Shown here: positions 1 through 10,499 of the stretch, in pieces | Layout: every line of letters begins with the position of its first letter | Position numbering within the stretch: position 1 is the first letter of the stretch | Source: Paramoeba atlantica | Taxonomy: Eukaryota; Protista; Discosea | Assembly (NCBI GenBank): GCA_977017575.1 | Contig: CDRNVI010000065.1 | Coordinates: 186,001-250,000 of the forward strand | Direction: 5' to 3' | DNA length: 64,000 nucleotides | Notes under the pieces: model-generated | The model's input: only the letters and a program-made list of their open reading frames with translations | What the model was told of the DNA's origin: nothing | Database searches by the model: none | Translations under genes and position numbers: made by a program

Positions 1-683
1 AGAAATCCATTCAAGCTGTGTACATAAAAACCTACTGCCGTGTGCTTTCCTACCTCAGCTACATGGGAGTATTTCTTGTTGAAGACAACATTTTCTGGTA
101 GACGCGCGTATCCCCCCGTTACAGAAATTACGGGTAATCCTTCGTGAAGGATTTGAAAATGAGACATGATGACTCGTTCCTTGAGGCGCGTGCTTAGATG
201 TTCAAAATGGGGACCAAGAAATTTATGATACTTTGCAAGGTAAGTATTTAAATCAGTGATTATACCCTCTTGTGAAATATCTTGTTGGTCAAATTTCCAC
301 TCGTGCGATGACAAATACTCTGTCACGTTCTGCAGTGCAGATTGAAAAAGGGAACTTCGTGCGGCAAAGTCAGTTTCAGAGTTTATTTCCATCATCCAAC
401 CATATTTGGGAAGAGATCCACAAAGTAATAATCCATGCCGTGACTTGCAATCGGTTCTACGCGATCGAACAGAAGTCCCTCCGTTCTTGATCAACCAATT
501 AATGCATTCGTCCTTATCGATTCCGCAAGTCTGAACGCTTTTCATGACATCATTCAGTGAAGCACTTGTTAGGTGGCGCAGTTCTCGAATAAGGCTTTTT
601 GATTCTGTAGAAAGCCTTCTTCGAAACAACGAGAACAGGTCGTGATTTCCAAAGCTATGCATGCGCCTTAGAAGAGTAACCAT
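1..683 (-). CDS. TSFM: Mitochondrial translation elongation factor Ts (3'-partial, runs off window start)
   Basis: Hand-translated open frame from ATG at 683 to the window edge (227 codons, no stop seen); not in the ORF track. Contains LIRELRHLTSASLNDVMKS (UBA-like), MMEINSETDFAAR (EF-Ts ExNCETDFVA motif) and GFYVH. Confidence 0.82.
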   Translation of the reverse strand, partial: MVTLLRRMHSFGNHDLFSLFRRRLSTESKSLIRELRHLTSASLNDVMKSVQTCGIDKDECINWLIKNGGTSVRSRRTDCKSRHGLLLCGSLPKYGWMMEINSETDFAARSSLFQSALQNVTEYLSSHEWKFDQQDISQEGIITDLNTYLAKYHKFLGPHFEHLSTRLKERVIMSHFQILHEGLPVISVTGGYARLPENVVFNKKYSHVAEVGKHTAVGFYVHSLNGF

Positions 684-1107
684 TTGTAGTACCGAAAAAT
701 AATATAGCACGTAGTAACCTACAGTATGGTAAAAATGTAAAGCTATGGTTCACGTCCAGTAGTATACAAATAGATGCCTACAGATACGCATATACGGGGA
801 CATCATTTCATGGTTACGTATCAAAAAAGTATCTGTCAACTGCGAAGTATAGAACTGGATCGTATTAGCAAAGCCCATGTAGTGAAAGACGCAAATTAAA
901 TTCCCAGTTGTAAAATACCGATTAATAAAGAGATAGACTACTTGTAAAGCTGTTACTCATTGTAATAACTGTTATTTGCAAGTGCAGAAGAATGATGACC
1001 ATAAAAAAAGCAAAAATTATCATGCTGAGCATCACGTTCGTAGTCAAAAAGTAAAGGTAGAATCAGGAAGACCTGATGTTAAAAACATATCCGTTCTTGC
1101 GCAAAAA

Positions 1108-2334
1108 TCATTGCTGGGCACATGTAGCTGTCTGTCCGCGAGGGCCGTCATCGTCGTCTTCGTCGTCCGTAGCAAAGAATGGCATACCAGAGCCTCGCCG
1201 TGAACCTTCCTTGGCTCCCTTGTTAAGGTCTACCATTGTAGGGGCAAGGAAACATTCCTCATAGTCAGGGTTGGGCTTCGGCTTGCTCGGAGACCCAAAC
1301 ACAGAACGTAGGGCTGTCGCTTCTTTTTCTGTGACGGATTTCGGGTACTGCACTTTAAACTGTATCACAAGCTGTCCCTTCTCTATCCCACCTGTGCCTG
1401 GGACGGGCATTCCCTCCCTGTCGACGGCCCATAAGTGGTCCGGGTCCAGCACCACTCCTGCGGGGGGCTGTATCAATAGTTTCCTCCCGTCCAGGTGTTC
1501 CACAACCAGCTGGAACCCCGTAAGCGCCTGGACCAATGAGATCGTTTTATCCATCAGTAGATGCGAGCCCTTTCGCTGAAATCGATCATGGGGTTTTTGG
1601 TCAAACACAATAATAATGTCCCCCGCGAGCCGTACTCCGGCAATCTGGTCTCCTTCCCCCGTAAACGTGACGTGGTCGCCTCTCTTCGCCCCTTTATCAA
1701 TGTGCACCTCAAACACCTTCTTCTCCTTCACCACCTGTTTCCCCCCACACCCTTTGCACCGGTCCTCGGGGCGGCACGCAAACCCGCTCCCGTTGCAAGT
1801 GCTGCACTGGACCTGCATTTGCTGCATAAACATCGGTCCGAGCTGTCGGGTCACCATCTGGACCCCACGACCCCCACAGGGGCGGCACGTGCCCTCGACC
1901 CCTTCCTTGTTGGTGCCTCGACCCCCACAGGAGGCACAAAACCGGTCCCGGGTGATGGCCAGTTTGGAGACTTTTCCCGTGTAGAAGGCCTCGAGGGCGA
2001 TCGGGAGCTCATGGACAATATCCTTGGGCTTGGGCTCCCCACGAGGACGTCGCCCACCCCCGAAGAAGTGGGAAAAGATATCGGAGGGGTCCATGCCCTG
2101 CATCTCGTTGTCAATGCCTTTCTCCCCGTACTGGTCGTACCGCTTTCGTTTCTCCGGGTCGGAGAGGACTTCGTAGGCCACGGAGATCTCTTTGAACTTT
2201 TCCTGGGCCCCAGGCTCCTTGTTTTTGTCCGGGTGGTACTTGAGCGCGAGCTTGCGGTAGGCACGTTTCAGGGTGTCCTCGTCTGCGGTGGGGGGAACCC
2301 CGAGGAGTTCATAGAATTTTGTCTCTTTGACCAT
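1108..2334 (-). CDS. DNAJA: Type I Hsp40/DnaJ co-chaperone (Ydj1/DNAJA-like)
   Basis: J domain with HPD, four CxxCxGxG-type zinc-finger repeats, C-terminal CaaX (CAQQ). Confidence 0.96.
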   Translation of the reverse strand: MVKETKFYELLGVPPTADEDTLKRAYRKLALKYHPDKNKEPGAQEKFKEISVAYEVLSDPEKRKRYDQYGEKGIDNEMQGMDPSDIFSHFFGGGRRPRGEPKPKDIVHELPIALEAFYTGKVSKLAITRDRFCASCGGRGTNKEGVEGTCRPCGGRGVQMVTRQLGPMFMQQMQVQCSTCNGSGFACRPEDRCKGCGGKQVVKEKKVFEVHIDKGAKRGDHVTFTGEGDQIAGVRLAGDIIIVFDQKPHDRFQRKGSHLLMDKTISLVQALTGFQLVVEHLDGRKLLIQPPAGVVLDPDHLWAVDREGMPVPGTGGIEKGQLVIQFKVQYPKSVTEKEATALRSVFGSPSKPKPNPDYEECFLAPTMVDLNKGAKEGSRRGSGMPFFATDDEDDDDGPRGQTATCAQQ

Positions 2335-2549
2335 AGGTGATAGAAGTGAAGGTAAAAAAGGACTGCGTTAGGGGGTTTCTTGTAAAGGATGTGGATTCGT
2401 TGTTGAAAATGGACCAATCGGTGGAGGCAAATATGGAGCTCACTACAGTAGAAAATAGAACGTAGCGTACTACTACAGCAGAATTACTACATAATTAAAT
2501 TTTCTGCAAAATATCTACTGCAAGAGGAAAATTAAAAAATACCTTGATA

Positions 2550-2865
2550 CCGTATACTCCCCAGTTATAGAATCGATTTTGGGCCAAAATGGCCAAATCT
2601 CTGTTACTGGGGGGTATGCTTTTTTGGTGGGAAAAGGCCTTTTTTGTTCATGGGTGCGTTGATTTTATGTCCAGACAACCCCGCAACTGCGCCATTCGCT
2701 CCTGCGCAACCACCCTCACCCAGCCGAGCGACCCCCACCCGCTCAAACACCCCCTCCGCCCTCCAACCACCCTCCCGAACCAAATCTCTGTTACTGGGGG
2801 TCAGCTCAAAAATGGCCAAATCTCTGTTACTCGGGGGGGGGTCTATTACTGGGGGGGGTATACGG
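2550..2865. mobile_element. TA-flanked MITE (Tc1/pogo-type)
   Basis: Left end TA|CCGTATACTCCCCAGTTATAG, right end CTATTACTGGGGGGGGTATACGG|TA. Three internal copies of CCAAATCTCTGTTACT. Confidence 0.7.
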
Positions 2866-3204
2866 TATATGGGTAAGCAACCAGCGAACAAAGGCTTCTT
2901 TAGTTTCTCTAACATAATTTCTTTAAAAGTATTCCACTAGAAAAACAAGAAATGAATTATTAGTGGAGCAACCAAGTCATAAGAACTCCTATCAAAATAA
3001 CAAAAAGGCATTAGAAAAATCATAGAAGCAAGAAAGCACAAAATAAAGTATTAGAACCTATAATCCAGAAGGCAAAAAAGTAAGAGGTAAAAAAGTATAA
3101 AAAGGAAAACAAAACGACAAAACATCCAGAAGAGACAAGGAAAGTCCAAAAAAAAGATAGCTCAATGCATAAAAAAGTATGAAAAAGAAAACGGATTCTA
3201 TTTT

Positions 3205-4149
3205 CTATCCCAACCCAAAACACTTACCACGAATGCGTCGCAAAGCTGCCATGCCCGCTGTAACAAGTGCTCGACTTGGGGTGAAAGAGATCTCCCCTTC
3301 GAAATCGGACTCATGTATGGTGCATATTGCTTTGTAGCTCATGTGGGACTTCGATTCGCGTAGAAAATGTATTCCCGGTGTACAAAAATTGTATTTAACA
3401 ACCAATTGCTCAGTACTGCAAGAACGTTTAAGATAATGCACAAGCCGACGATGAGAGGAAAGATTCCCTACAAAATTGCTGTCGTTGGTTAGGCAAAGAA
3501 GAGCCCTGCGTGCTGCGCTGAGCTCCGCCGAGGCACTGCAGGGAGTAGAACGTCCAATAAAGCAACGATTAACAACGTAGCAAAGCGCAGTGTATTGCTT
3601 TTGCTGAATTTCATTGCAAGAGTCATTGTGAGTGGTGACCTCATAAAATATGTCAGCCTGCAGAAGAAGGTTCTCGACGAAATAGGCAAGTTTTCGATAC
3701 GGTCTCCGATCAAGAATTCGATCAGGAGTCGGTGTAGGTAGTGAATAAATTTCTACAGTTGCTGTGGTCAGGTATTGTACGTGTTCTATTTTCGCCCAGT
3801 ATTTGAATATCCGATTTATTTTATGTATGGCAGTCTTTGTCGCGCTTAACATAGAAAATGCTTTTTTGTTGTGGGGAATGCCTACAAAAGTTCGAGTGCC
3901 TACGTGACATTTAGCAATATAGGATGGTGGGGATCCAAAATCCTTCAATTTGCATGTGCACGAGTATGAAAAATGTATCGGCAGTTTTCCGGAGGATGTT
4001 AAATTCAGTACTAAATCGACCCCACAATTGTATGAGTACTTGGGTACTTTCCCTGACGGCGAGAACCCATATTTATTAAGAAGAGTAACTAATTCCGTTT
4101 CCTGGTTGATGTCGGATTCTACCAGATCCTTAGTGTCATGATCGAACAT
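3205..4149 (-). CDS. Protein with three divergent double-stranded RNA-binding motifs (dsRBM)
   Basis: Three segments fit the dsRBM pattern Y..C.V....F.G......A...AA..AL: ...SYIAKCHVGTRTFVG..NKKAFSMLSATKTAIHKI; ...YTALCYVVNRCFIGRSTPCSASAELSAARRALLCL; ...YKAICTIHESDFEGEISFTPSRALVTAGMAALRRI. Confidence 0.55.
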   Translation of the reverse strand: MFDHDTKDLVESDINQETELVTLLNKYGFSPSGKVPKYSYNCGVDLVLNLTSSGKLPIHFSYSCTCKLKDFGSPPSYIAKCHVGTRTFVGIPHNKKAFSMLSATKTAIHKINRIFKYWAKIEHVQYLTTATVEIYSLPTPTPDRILDRRPYRKLAYFVENLLLQADIFYEVTTHNDSCNEIQQKQYTALCYVVNRCFIGRSTPCSASAELSAARRALLCLTNDSNFVGNLSSHRRLVHYLKRSCSTEQLVVKYNFCTPGIHFLRESKSHMSYKAICTIHESDFEGEISFTPSRALVTAGMAALRRIRGKCFGLG

Positions 4150-4428
4150 TCTTTCCTTATTTTTGCTACGAAATCAGAATAAGATTGGGCAGGTTTGCAT
4201 TTGAATTTCACTATAATATTTTTTTTTGAAAAATAATTGGAGGACTCTGGACTCCCATGAAGTATTCTAATCCCCCTTTCACAAAGCTATTAAGATATAA
4301 ATTAAGAGGACTGATTGAATAGTTTGTGAAAAAGATATCCCAAAAATCAAACCAAAAAATATACTACGAATAGCTCAAGTATTAGACAAAACCCATTAGA
4401 ATAACGTCACGTTGGTACTGACATGACA

Positions 4429-5121
4429 TTAGGATGATGCAATCTTCTTTCTCTTTGACTTGTGTTGCATAGCAGTACGAGATTTTTCTTTCTTCTTCCA
4501 GCGCAAATGAGTTGATAGTATCGTTCTCTTGATGTCACCAGGCATTTTTGGCCTTGATAGCGCAGATGAACCTTCGAGAATTACGGGCTCATCCGTCTCC
4601 TCCGCATATTCGTACAATTTTTCACTGTTCATCCATTGGTCGAAGAGGCTTTTCTTTCGCTTTCCGCTACGCTCGGTGGTATTTACATGATCATCAATTA
4701 CAGTTCCTATTTCTGCGTATTCCGGTAAGTTATCTTTCGTAGGCCGGCGATAAATTCGGTCTTCTGTAATAAAGGGTCGATAGCGCAAGAGCTCCAGGTC
4801 CCGAATTAGCGCCGTATCTCTCTCTGGATTAATCTTGCGCATCCCATACCACTGAGACAATGTATTTTTCCGCCTTTCCCTGCGCATTTTCTTTACATTC
4901 GCTTCATCCATCACGTTCGGCACCACTTTCTTGGTATAAAAAGAAGGATCTGCTAAAACACTTTTCTTTAAAAGTTCCTCAACATCGTCACCAATGTTAA
5001 GATCAGTCATCAGTCTAAAACAATAAAAAAGTATCCCCGTTTCTAAGAAAGCGATTCTACACCTTTCGACAAAACTGTTTGCTTTTTCTTGCGTATTCAT
5101 CGAACTATGGGTATTTATCAA
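4429..5121 (-). CDS. FCF2: Fcf2/DNTTIP2-family pre-rRNA processing protein
   Basis: Fcf2 core WYGM...DLELLRYRPF...YRRPTKDNLPEYAEIGTVID...ERSGKRKKSLFD. True start probably an internal Met (MTDLNIG). Confidence 0.8.
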   Translation of the reverse strand: MINTHSSMNTQEKANSFVERCRIAFLETGILFYCFRLMTDLNIGDDVEELLKKSVLADPSFYTKKVVPNVMDEANVKKMRRERRKNTLSQWYGMRKINPERDTALIRDLELLRYRPFITEDRIYRRPTKDNLPEYAEIGTVIDDHVNTTERSGKRKKSLFDQWMNSEKLYEYAEETDEPVILEGSSALSRPKMPGDIKRTILSTHLRWKKKEKSRTAMQHKSKRKKIASS

Positions 5122-5317
5122 TGTTCAACACGGAAACCGTTTCCTACAAATGATTGTAAGATATATTTTTCAAAGGATCGCTATACAAGGAAGTACATTT
5201 CATAATCCTTTGCGAAACGCTTTGTGCAAACAATTCCCCGAAGCATCGAAATAATTCGTGGTCGTAAACGAACAGCGTACGTTAGCCCTTTTCCGGTAGA
5301 GTTACATTTTCGTTGTC

Positions 5318-6676
5318 TCAATACGATTCCGTAGGTTTGGTTTCATAAGGCTGGTCTTGTAACGTAATAAGATCGCGTTTTGCAGATGTTTTTCTACCTT
5401 TACTTGTTGCTTTCTTAAGTTTCGAAGCAAGAGGTTTCGTTGGTGTTACAGCTGCACCACTTTCTTCACCTTCCGCGTGAGTCGGGATGCTTTGATTTTC
5501 GTGGGAGTCAACTGGAGACTGGAATGGAGCTTCGACCCCCTTTCTCCTACGTAATTTCCGCCTGCGCAGAGTTCGACGAGGAGCGACACCGGAGGTTTGG
5601 CTTTTCTCTGCTTGTCTTTCCGCATGCATAGCATCAAGAAAGTGCACCACCGCTGCGGGGTCGGATTCCCCCATCCCTCCCTGTACCGTTTTCGACAAAA
5701 TCTCATGACACAACTGTGTCAATGGAACCCGAGGCGTGTCGCCGACCTCCTCCCCCTCCCCCAGCACCTGCCCCAGATCCCGCTGCAGCGTGGCCACATT
5801 AAACGGCACCTGTGGCGGGGGCTCCTCCGGATTCCTTAACAATTTCTCCAACATCGGCGCACTCCTCCGCAGCATCACACTACTCCCCCAGGAGGCATCC
5901 AACACGGAGGTGAGCTTTCCGTGGTCCGCGACCCCCCGGCGGTGCGCCACCGCTATCGCCTCCGCGGCCGCGACGGTGTGCACCGCGGTGAGCTGCTGCA
6001 CCAGCTGCTTCGTCGCGGCCCCCGCCCCGACCTCCCCCATGTGCGTAATCGAGTCCCCGTAGAGGCGGAGCAGCGGCAGGAGGCGCTCGAACGCGGCGAC
6101 GTCCCCCCCGACCATGAGCGTGAGGGCGCCGGACTTCACCTGCGCGGCGTTACCGCTGAACGGGGCGTCGAGGTAGAGACCGCCGCGGGCGCGCACGGCC
6201 TCCCCGAGACGGACTGTGGGGCCGTGGGCGAACGCGGAGTGGTCGAGGAGGAGGTGCCCGGGACGGAGGTGCTGCAGCAGGGTTGCGTTGCGGTCGGAGG
6301 GGGTGGAGGAACCGGGGTAGGCGGTGGGTTGGGGGGAGGAGGAGGCGGGGGCGTTCATGAGAGGGGATTCATCGAGTCCGAATAACTCATGGGTGAGGGG
6401 TTCTGGGGTGGCGATAATGATGACCTCACTCCATTTCATAAGGGTGGATTTCTCGGTGTGAAGACGCATGGCGCATTGAGCGCCGTCCTCCCAGAGCTCG
6501 TCACAGACACGACGCATCTTGGCGGTGTTAATGGGATTGTAGAGCTGGAGGTAGAGTGCGGAGCGAGATTTGAAGGCAAGGTTTTTCGCAATCAGACTGC
6601 CGAGAGTCGAAAGTCCCACGATGCCTACGTTGAGTGATCGCTTTTGCATTACGTGAGAGATTGAGTCACATATCAA
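5318..6676 (-). CDS. NAD-dependent beta-hydroxyacid dehydrogenase (3-hydroxyisobutyrate / 2-hydroxy-3-oxopropionate reductase family)
   Basis: VGIVGLSTLG Rossmann motif, YLDAPFSG, LTLMVGG, GAGAATKQL with catalytic Lys; basic low-complexity tail. Confidence 0.88.
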   Translation of the reverse strand: MICDSISHVMQKRSLNVGIVGLSTLGSLIAKNLAFKSRSALYLQLYNPINTAKMRRVCDELWEDGAQCAMRLHTEKSTLMKWSEVIIIATPEPLTHELFGLDESPLMNAPASSSPQPTAYPGSSTPSDRNATLLQHLRPGHLLLDHSAFAHGPTVRLGEAVRARGGLYLDAPFSGNAAQVKSGALTLMVGGDVAAFERLLPLLRLYGDSITHMGEVGAGAATKQLVQQLTAVHTVAAAEAIAVAHRRGVADHGKLTSVLDASWGSSVMLRRSAPMLEKLLRNPEEPPPQVPFNVATLQRDLGQVLGEGEEVGDTPRVPLTQLCHEILSKTVQGGMGESDPAAVVHFLDAMHAERQAEKSQTSGVAPRRTLRRRKLRRRKGVEAPFQSPVDSHENQSIPTHAEGEESGAAVTPTKPLASKLKKATSKGRKTSAKRDLITLQDQPYETKPTESY

Positions 6677-6789
6677 CGTCTATGTTGGAGTTTATCGTAT
6701 AAGGAAAAGTGTGTTTGTGTAGTTTTAGTGTGTATTCATTTTTCATATTGTGTCGTCAAAAAATCATAAACAAAACATCAGACCTTCCG

Positions 6790-6850
6790 AGAGCTCTCGA
6801 ATGTACAATTGCTTCCCAAAATTGGACAAACTTTACGAATTTTAGACCCC
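6790..6850. repeat. Dispersed repeat similar to the interior of the piggyBac-type MITE at 50323-50604
   Basis: GAGAGCTCTCGAATG...CCAAAATT..ACAA.TTTAC.AATTTTAGACCCC shared with about 50439-50500. Confidence 0.55.
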
Positions 6851-7425
6851 AACAGTATCGCGCCCCCCCTGAAAGTCTTATAGTCCGACCGATAGGGCCT
6901 GCATTCGCGAAAAGGCACTGTAAGTGGGGGGTACTTAAATTAGTGCATTATTTAAAATTTTACAAAGTCTTTCTAAAATATTTTGATTGCATCGAAAAGG
7001 GGACACCTATTCCGACCTCGCGCAAACGCCATGTCCAAAATCGCTAAATGATGAATGGCGTGGTCCGATGAACCAGGCCAAGACTGATTAGACTTTCGGT
7101 AGACACGTTGTATGCGTGCAAACCGAATTAAATTCTCTACCGGCTCGCCCGGTATGATACTGAAATGAAATAATGTCTACGACTATTTCGGACTCTTAAT
7201 GATGGGCTCATATTGGTTTATTGTTTGACCTATAAGTCTATTCACTTTTTCTTATTTCTGCTTTACTCCTTACCATTGTATAGCTCTCTCTATGCTTCGT
7301 AGTTTTGTTTGGAATTTCATTGTGCTATTATAAGCTTTCGAATTTTAAGAAGAGGTACGTAATAAATGTTTTTTCGTCAAACACAAAAAATAATAAATCT
7401 ATTTTCTAGCACTTTTAGGTTCATA

Positions 7426-7786
7426 CAGTGGTTTCAAGATATCTTCCCCCCCGCGGAATTTTAAGTTTTTTTATCTGTTTTTCCTCATTTTCGCAGCATC
7501 TCGTTTCTCTGGTGAAGCGCTTTGCTGCCCTTTTTTTTGTAGGGACCCCCGGGTACCCCCTGGGTTCAAAACACATGGTTTTAGACTTCCTTCCAAGGTT
7601 CGTATTTATCAAAAATCTTGTTTTGGCTGTTTTTCGGGTCATCATATGAGCACTAGGGGGTTCCTGTGAAAAAAAGGTGCCAAAGCGCTTCACTAGGGGA
7701 AATCTCTCGTTTGCAACAAAAATGAGCAAAAACGAACAAAAAACTCAAAATTCATGCGGGGGGGGGAAGTTCAATTGAAACCCCTG
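7426..7786. mobile_element. TA-flanked Tc1-type MITE
   Basis: About 48-bp imperfect TIR, TA|CAG(T/G)GGTTTCAA....CTTCCCCCCCCGC..GAATTTT(A/G)AGTTTT, at both ends. Additional internal inverted repeat (TGAAGCGCTTTG at about 7512, reverse complement at about 7683). Confidence 0.75.
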
Positions 7787-8117
7787 TATTTATAAACCTC
7801 AATCAATAATTCAGGAAGCTGTTTTTGGGCTTAATTTGTGTCAACACTATCAAATTGAAAAAAATGACATTACGTCCTAAAAATTCTTCTTTTGTTCAAC
7901 ATAGTATGTAGAATACAAATCATAAAAAAATGACATACCGGATGCATAACTTATTCTAGATGGATATGAGTACACGATTCACATGCCTTTTGGAAGGTTT
8001 ACAGTGTTTGTGGAAGATAAATCGAATGATATCGGTTAAATCGTGGTTTTAAGTATTTCTATTTCTATTTCGCGTCAGCTCACAAAATTTAAGATAAAGA
8101 GCATTTTCTCGGGGGTC

Positions 8118-8232
8118 GTATCTCCCTTATGGCATGAAGACAGGCGCCTAAAAGGGTGGAGATGCCGTTTCTCCTGTGGGAAACTGCCGCAACTACACTA
8201 CTGGTATCTCCCTCGTCCACTTCACCCTGGGT
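8118..8232. repeat. Partial copy of the GGGAGATAC foldback element family
   Basis: Near-identical to the reverse complement of about 45768-45879; carries two GTATCTCCC motifs. Confidence 0.75.
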
Positions 8233-8400
8233 GTATATTTTTCCATTTACCTCCCCTTTTTATGGCTACCATTTTTTTCGAAAAAAGAAAATCAGAAAAA
8301 ATGAGAATCCATTCAATTTCTACTAAAAAAGTGCTGCCAACGTGCAACAGGTCAATTCTGAGAATTGTGACGAGAATTTGCAAAAAAGTGCTTTTTTGCG

Positions 8401-8847
8401 CGGCAATGTGCAACTGACCATTCTCAGAATTGTGACTTTCACTGTATTCCATATAATTCCCGGCGATTCTTAAACTCACTACCAGCGTCCCGTAGGAACA
8501 CTCTAGGCTTCATATTGTCCGCTACGTGGGCAACGAAGTGTTCCATAGTTTTAGGAATTTCTACGTCCCGAAGCGTTGTGCTTGAGATTCGTATTGGGAA
8601 ACCTGCATCTCCTCTACGTCTGGTGAACGTACCCCGACCGCATGCAAAGTTGTCTGTAGAAGATAAGGAAATATTCGATTCCGATCTTTTCTCAATTTTA
8701 TCTAACATTCCTAATTTCTTGCTTGGAATAGGAGATTTTAACGCTCACACACCATTAAAAGAAATTCGCGCATCAAATACCTCCATTTTATCCCAATTTT
8801 GGTCAATCACATCATTGATGAGATTTTGTATGTATCACCAATGGTGA
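8401..8847 (+). pseudogene. Relic apurinic-like endonuclease (APE) of a non-LTR retrotransposon
   Basis: LRLVNVPRP...LFSILSNIPNFLLGIGDFNAH matches the APE xNxYxP and GDFNAH motifs; frame is disrupted on both sides. Confidence 0.6.
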
Positions 8848-9299
8848 TTAAAAAACTGGTGGGATATGGACCTAACTCCAAAACCTTTTTCGGCAAGCAC
8901 GAAAATGACTTAACAACTATTTTGAACGTACAAGCTTCACTAATGGACGCGGTGCACAGCACATTATTGATCATCAACCCTTACCAGGTTGAGGGTATTC
9001 TGCAAGGTGAGGATATAGCGACCCCGCTAAGCGATTCTGCGAAGTCCGATTTTTCACAGAAAGTCTACTTCTTACTTACCCGCGGCCACCGCGTATGGAT
9101 TCGGGCTATTTGGGGACACAAGGACTACAACGCGCGCCACACCGTCACGGGACGAGTTTATTTTCTCAATCCGGAAGACCCAGTGCGGAGTGAGTTGAAG
9201 GCCCGGTGGGACGACGAGCCTGATGTTGAGTATGGGATGTTGAGTTGGGAGTTCGGTTTAATCCCCCACAGGCACGAGAACGACTTTTCCAACTTCTAA
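8799..9299 (+). CDS. Hypothetical protein, probably mobile-element associated
   Basis: 166-aa ORF opposite the gene-cluster strand, overlapping the APE relic; no recognised family. Confidence 0.3.
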   Translation: MVNHIIDEILYVSPMVIKKLVGYGPNSKTFFGKHENDLTTILNVQASLMDAVHSTLLIINPYQVEGILQGEDIATPLSDSAKSDFSQKVYFLLTRGHRVWIRAIWGHKDYNARHTVTGRVYFLNPEDPVRSELKARWDDEPDVEYGMLSWEFGLIPHRHENDFSNF

Positions 9300-9583
9300 C
9301 TAAGTGGATTTACGCAGCATGATGCGGACGACAGGGCGAGTATCGAGAAGAAGTTAAAGATATCTTAAAAGCAAAAGGTATTGCAAAAATCGGGAAATGT
9401 TCTAAAAATGGGAAAAAGAACGCAGAAACCTATGAAAAATTGACAAAGACGCAAAAAATTAATCCAAAATGACGCGCAAGAGAGAGGCACTTCGACAGAA
9501 GAGCAAAAAGAAAAAATGTATCAGTTTACTGCGCAATTGCAGTAAGGCACGTGTATTCAAAGAAAGAAAATGATAAATATAAC

Positions 9584-10490
9584 CAGGGGTCCTTAAGACT
9601 TTATATATATAGTTTATAGTATTTCAAAAAAAATTATAGTACTATAAATGACATTTATAGTACTATAAATATAATACTTTAAAGTGTTTGAGAAACTTTA
9701 TTTTTAAGGGGGGCTAAAAGGGGTTCAAGAAGCCCAAAATTGTATTGGATGTTGTAAGGGGTGCTCATCTCGGGGGCCTGGCGTTCGGCTCGCAGTTCCG
9801 GGGTTGAAAACCCTTTTCTGAGATGGCAGTCTCAGGGAGACTCCATGTTGAGGGTGTCAAAAGCTTGCCGAGAACTAGTTGGTCGGCGTCTGTACCATCA
9901 GTGAGATGGCAGTGTCAGGGAAGACCACGAGAAGGTCCCGACCTTGCTCCCCATGTTCAGGGTGTCAAAAGCTTAGTAAGTTGTTGATCGTACTTTCCCC
10001 AGGGACACAGCGCAGTCCCTTCGTAAGAAGCCACTTAAGGTTTGGGTCCTGCAAAGCAGCATTGCTAACCCCATGATTGATTTTCCATAGGAGGTGTCGC
10101 TCAAATTCCTGTAATTGTGGTTTCACGGTGAAGGCATCCAAAGATCCTCCTTCCACACGTTTTTGACGCTGAGTGCTTCGCATCCACTCCTCAAAATTTA
10201 GGTCATGACTTTTAGTTCAAGTGCGTGAGGGCCGAGGAGTAGGAGACTCGAATCCCCTTATAGCAAAAAAAGGGTTTCTTCGCGCCTGCTTCGCAGACTT
10301 GGCATTCGAAATTATGCGTCACCAATTTTAACAAAGTGTGAAACAACAAACTCCGCCTGGCTTTCGTCGTTCCGTCGCATATTTGGCATTTCTGAGAAAC
10401 AAAAAAAATAAAGTTTTATATATAGTATTTAAAAGTTTATAGTACTATAAAAGTACTATAATAAAGGTTTTAATGTTTTAGGGACCCCTG
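9584..10490 (-). mobile_element. Internally deleted hAT DNA transposon
   Basis: TIR CAGGGGTCC(T/C)TAA(G/A)AC, perfect 8-bp TSD AATATAAC (9576-9583 and 10491-10498), subterminal TATAGTACTATA repeats. Minus-strand relic with stops: BED finger (SHFVKIGDA*FECQVCE...THL..H), then SLDAF...LLWKINHGVSNAALQDPNLKWLL..RCVPGESTI. Confidence 0.85.
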
Positions 10491-10499
10491 AATATAACC

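Noticed and set aside
1561-2340. Long antisense/overlapping ORFs in GC-rich CDSs (also 5921-6385, 40045-41037, 49739-50410, 10685-12038)
   Set aside because: Expected by-products of high GC3 (stop-codon depletion) in the GC islands and the retroelement; no protein motifs.
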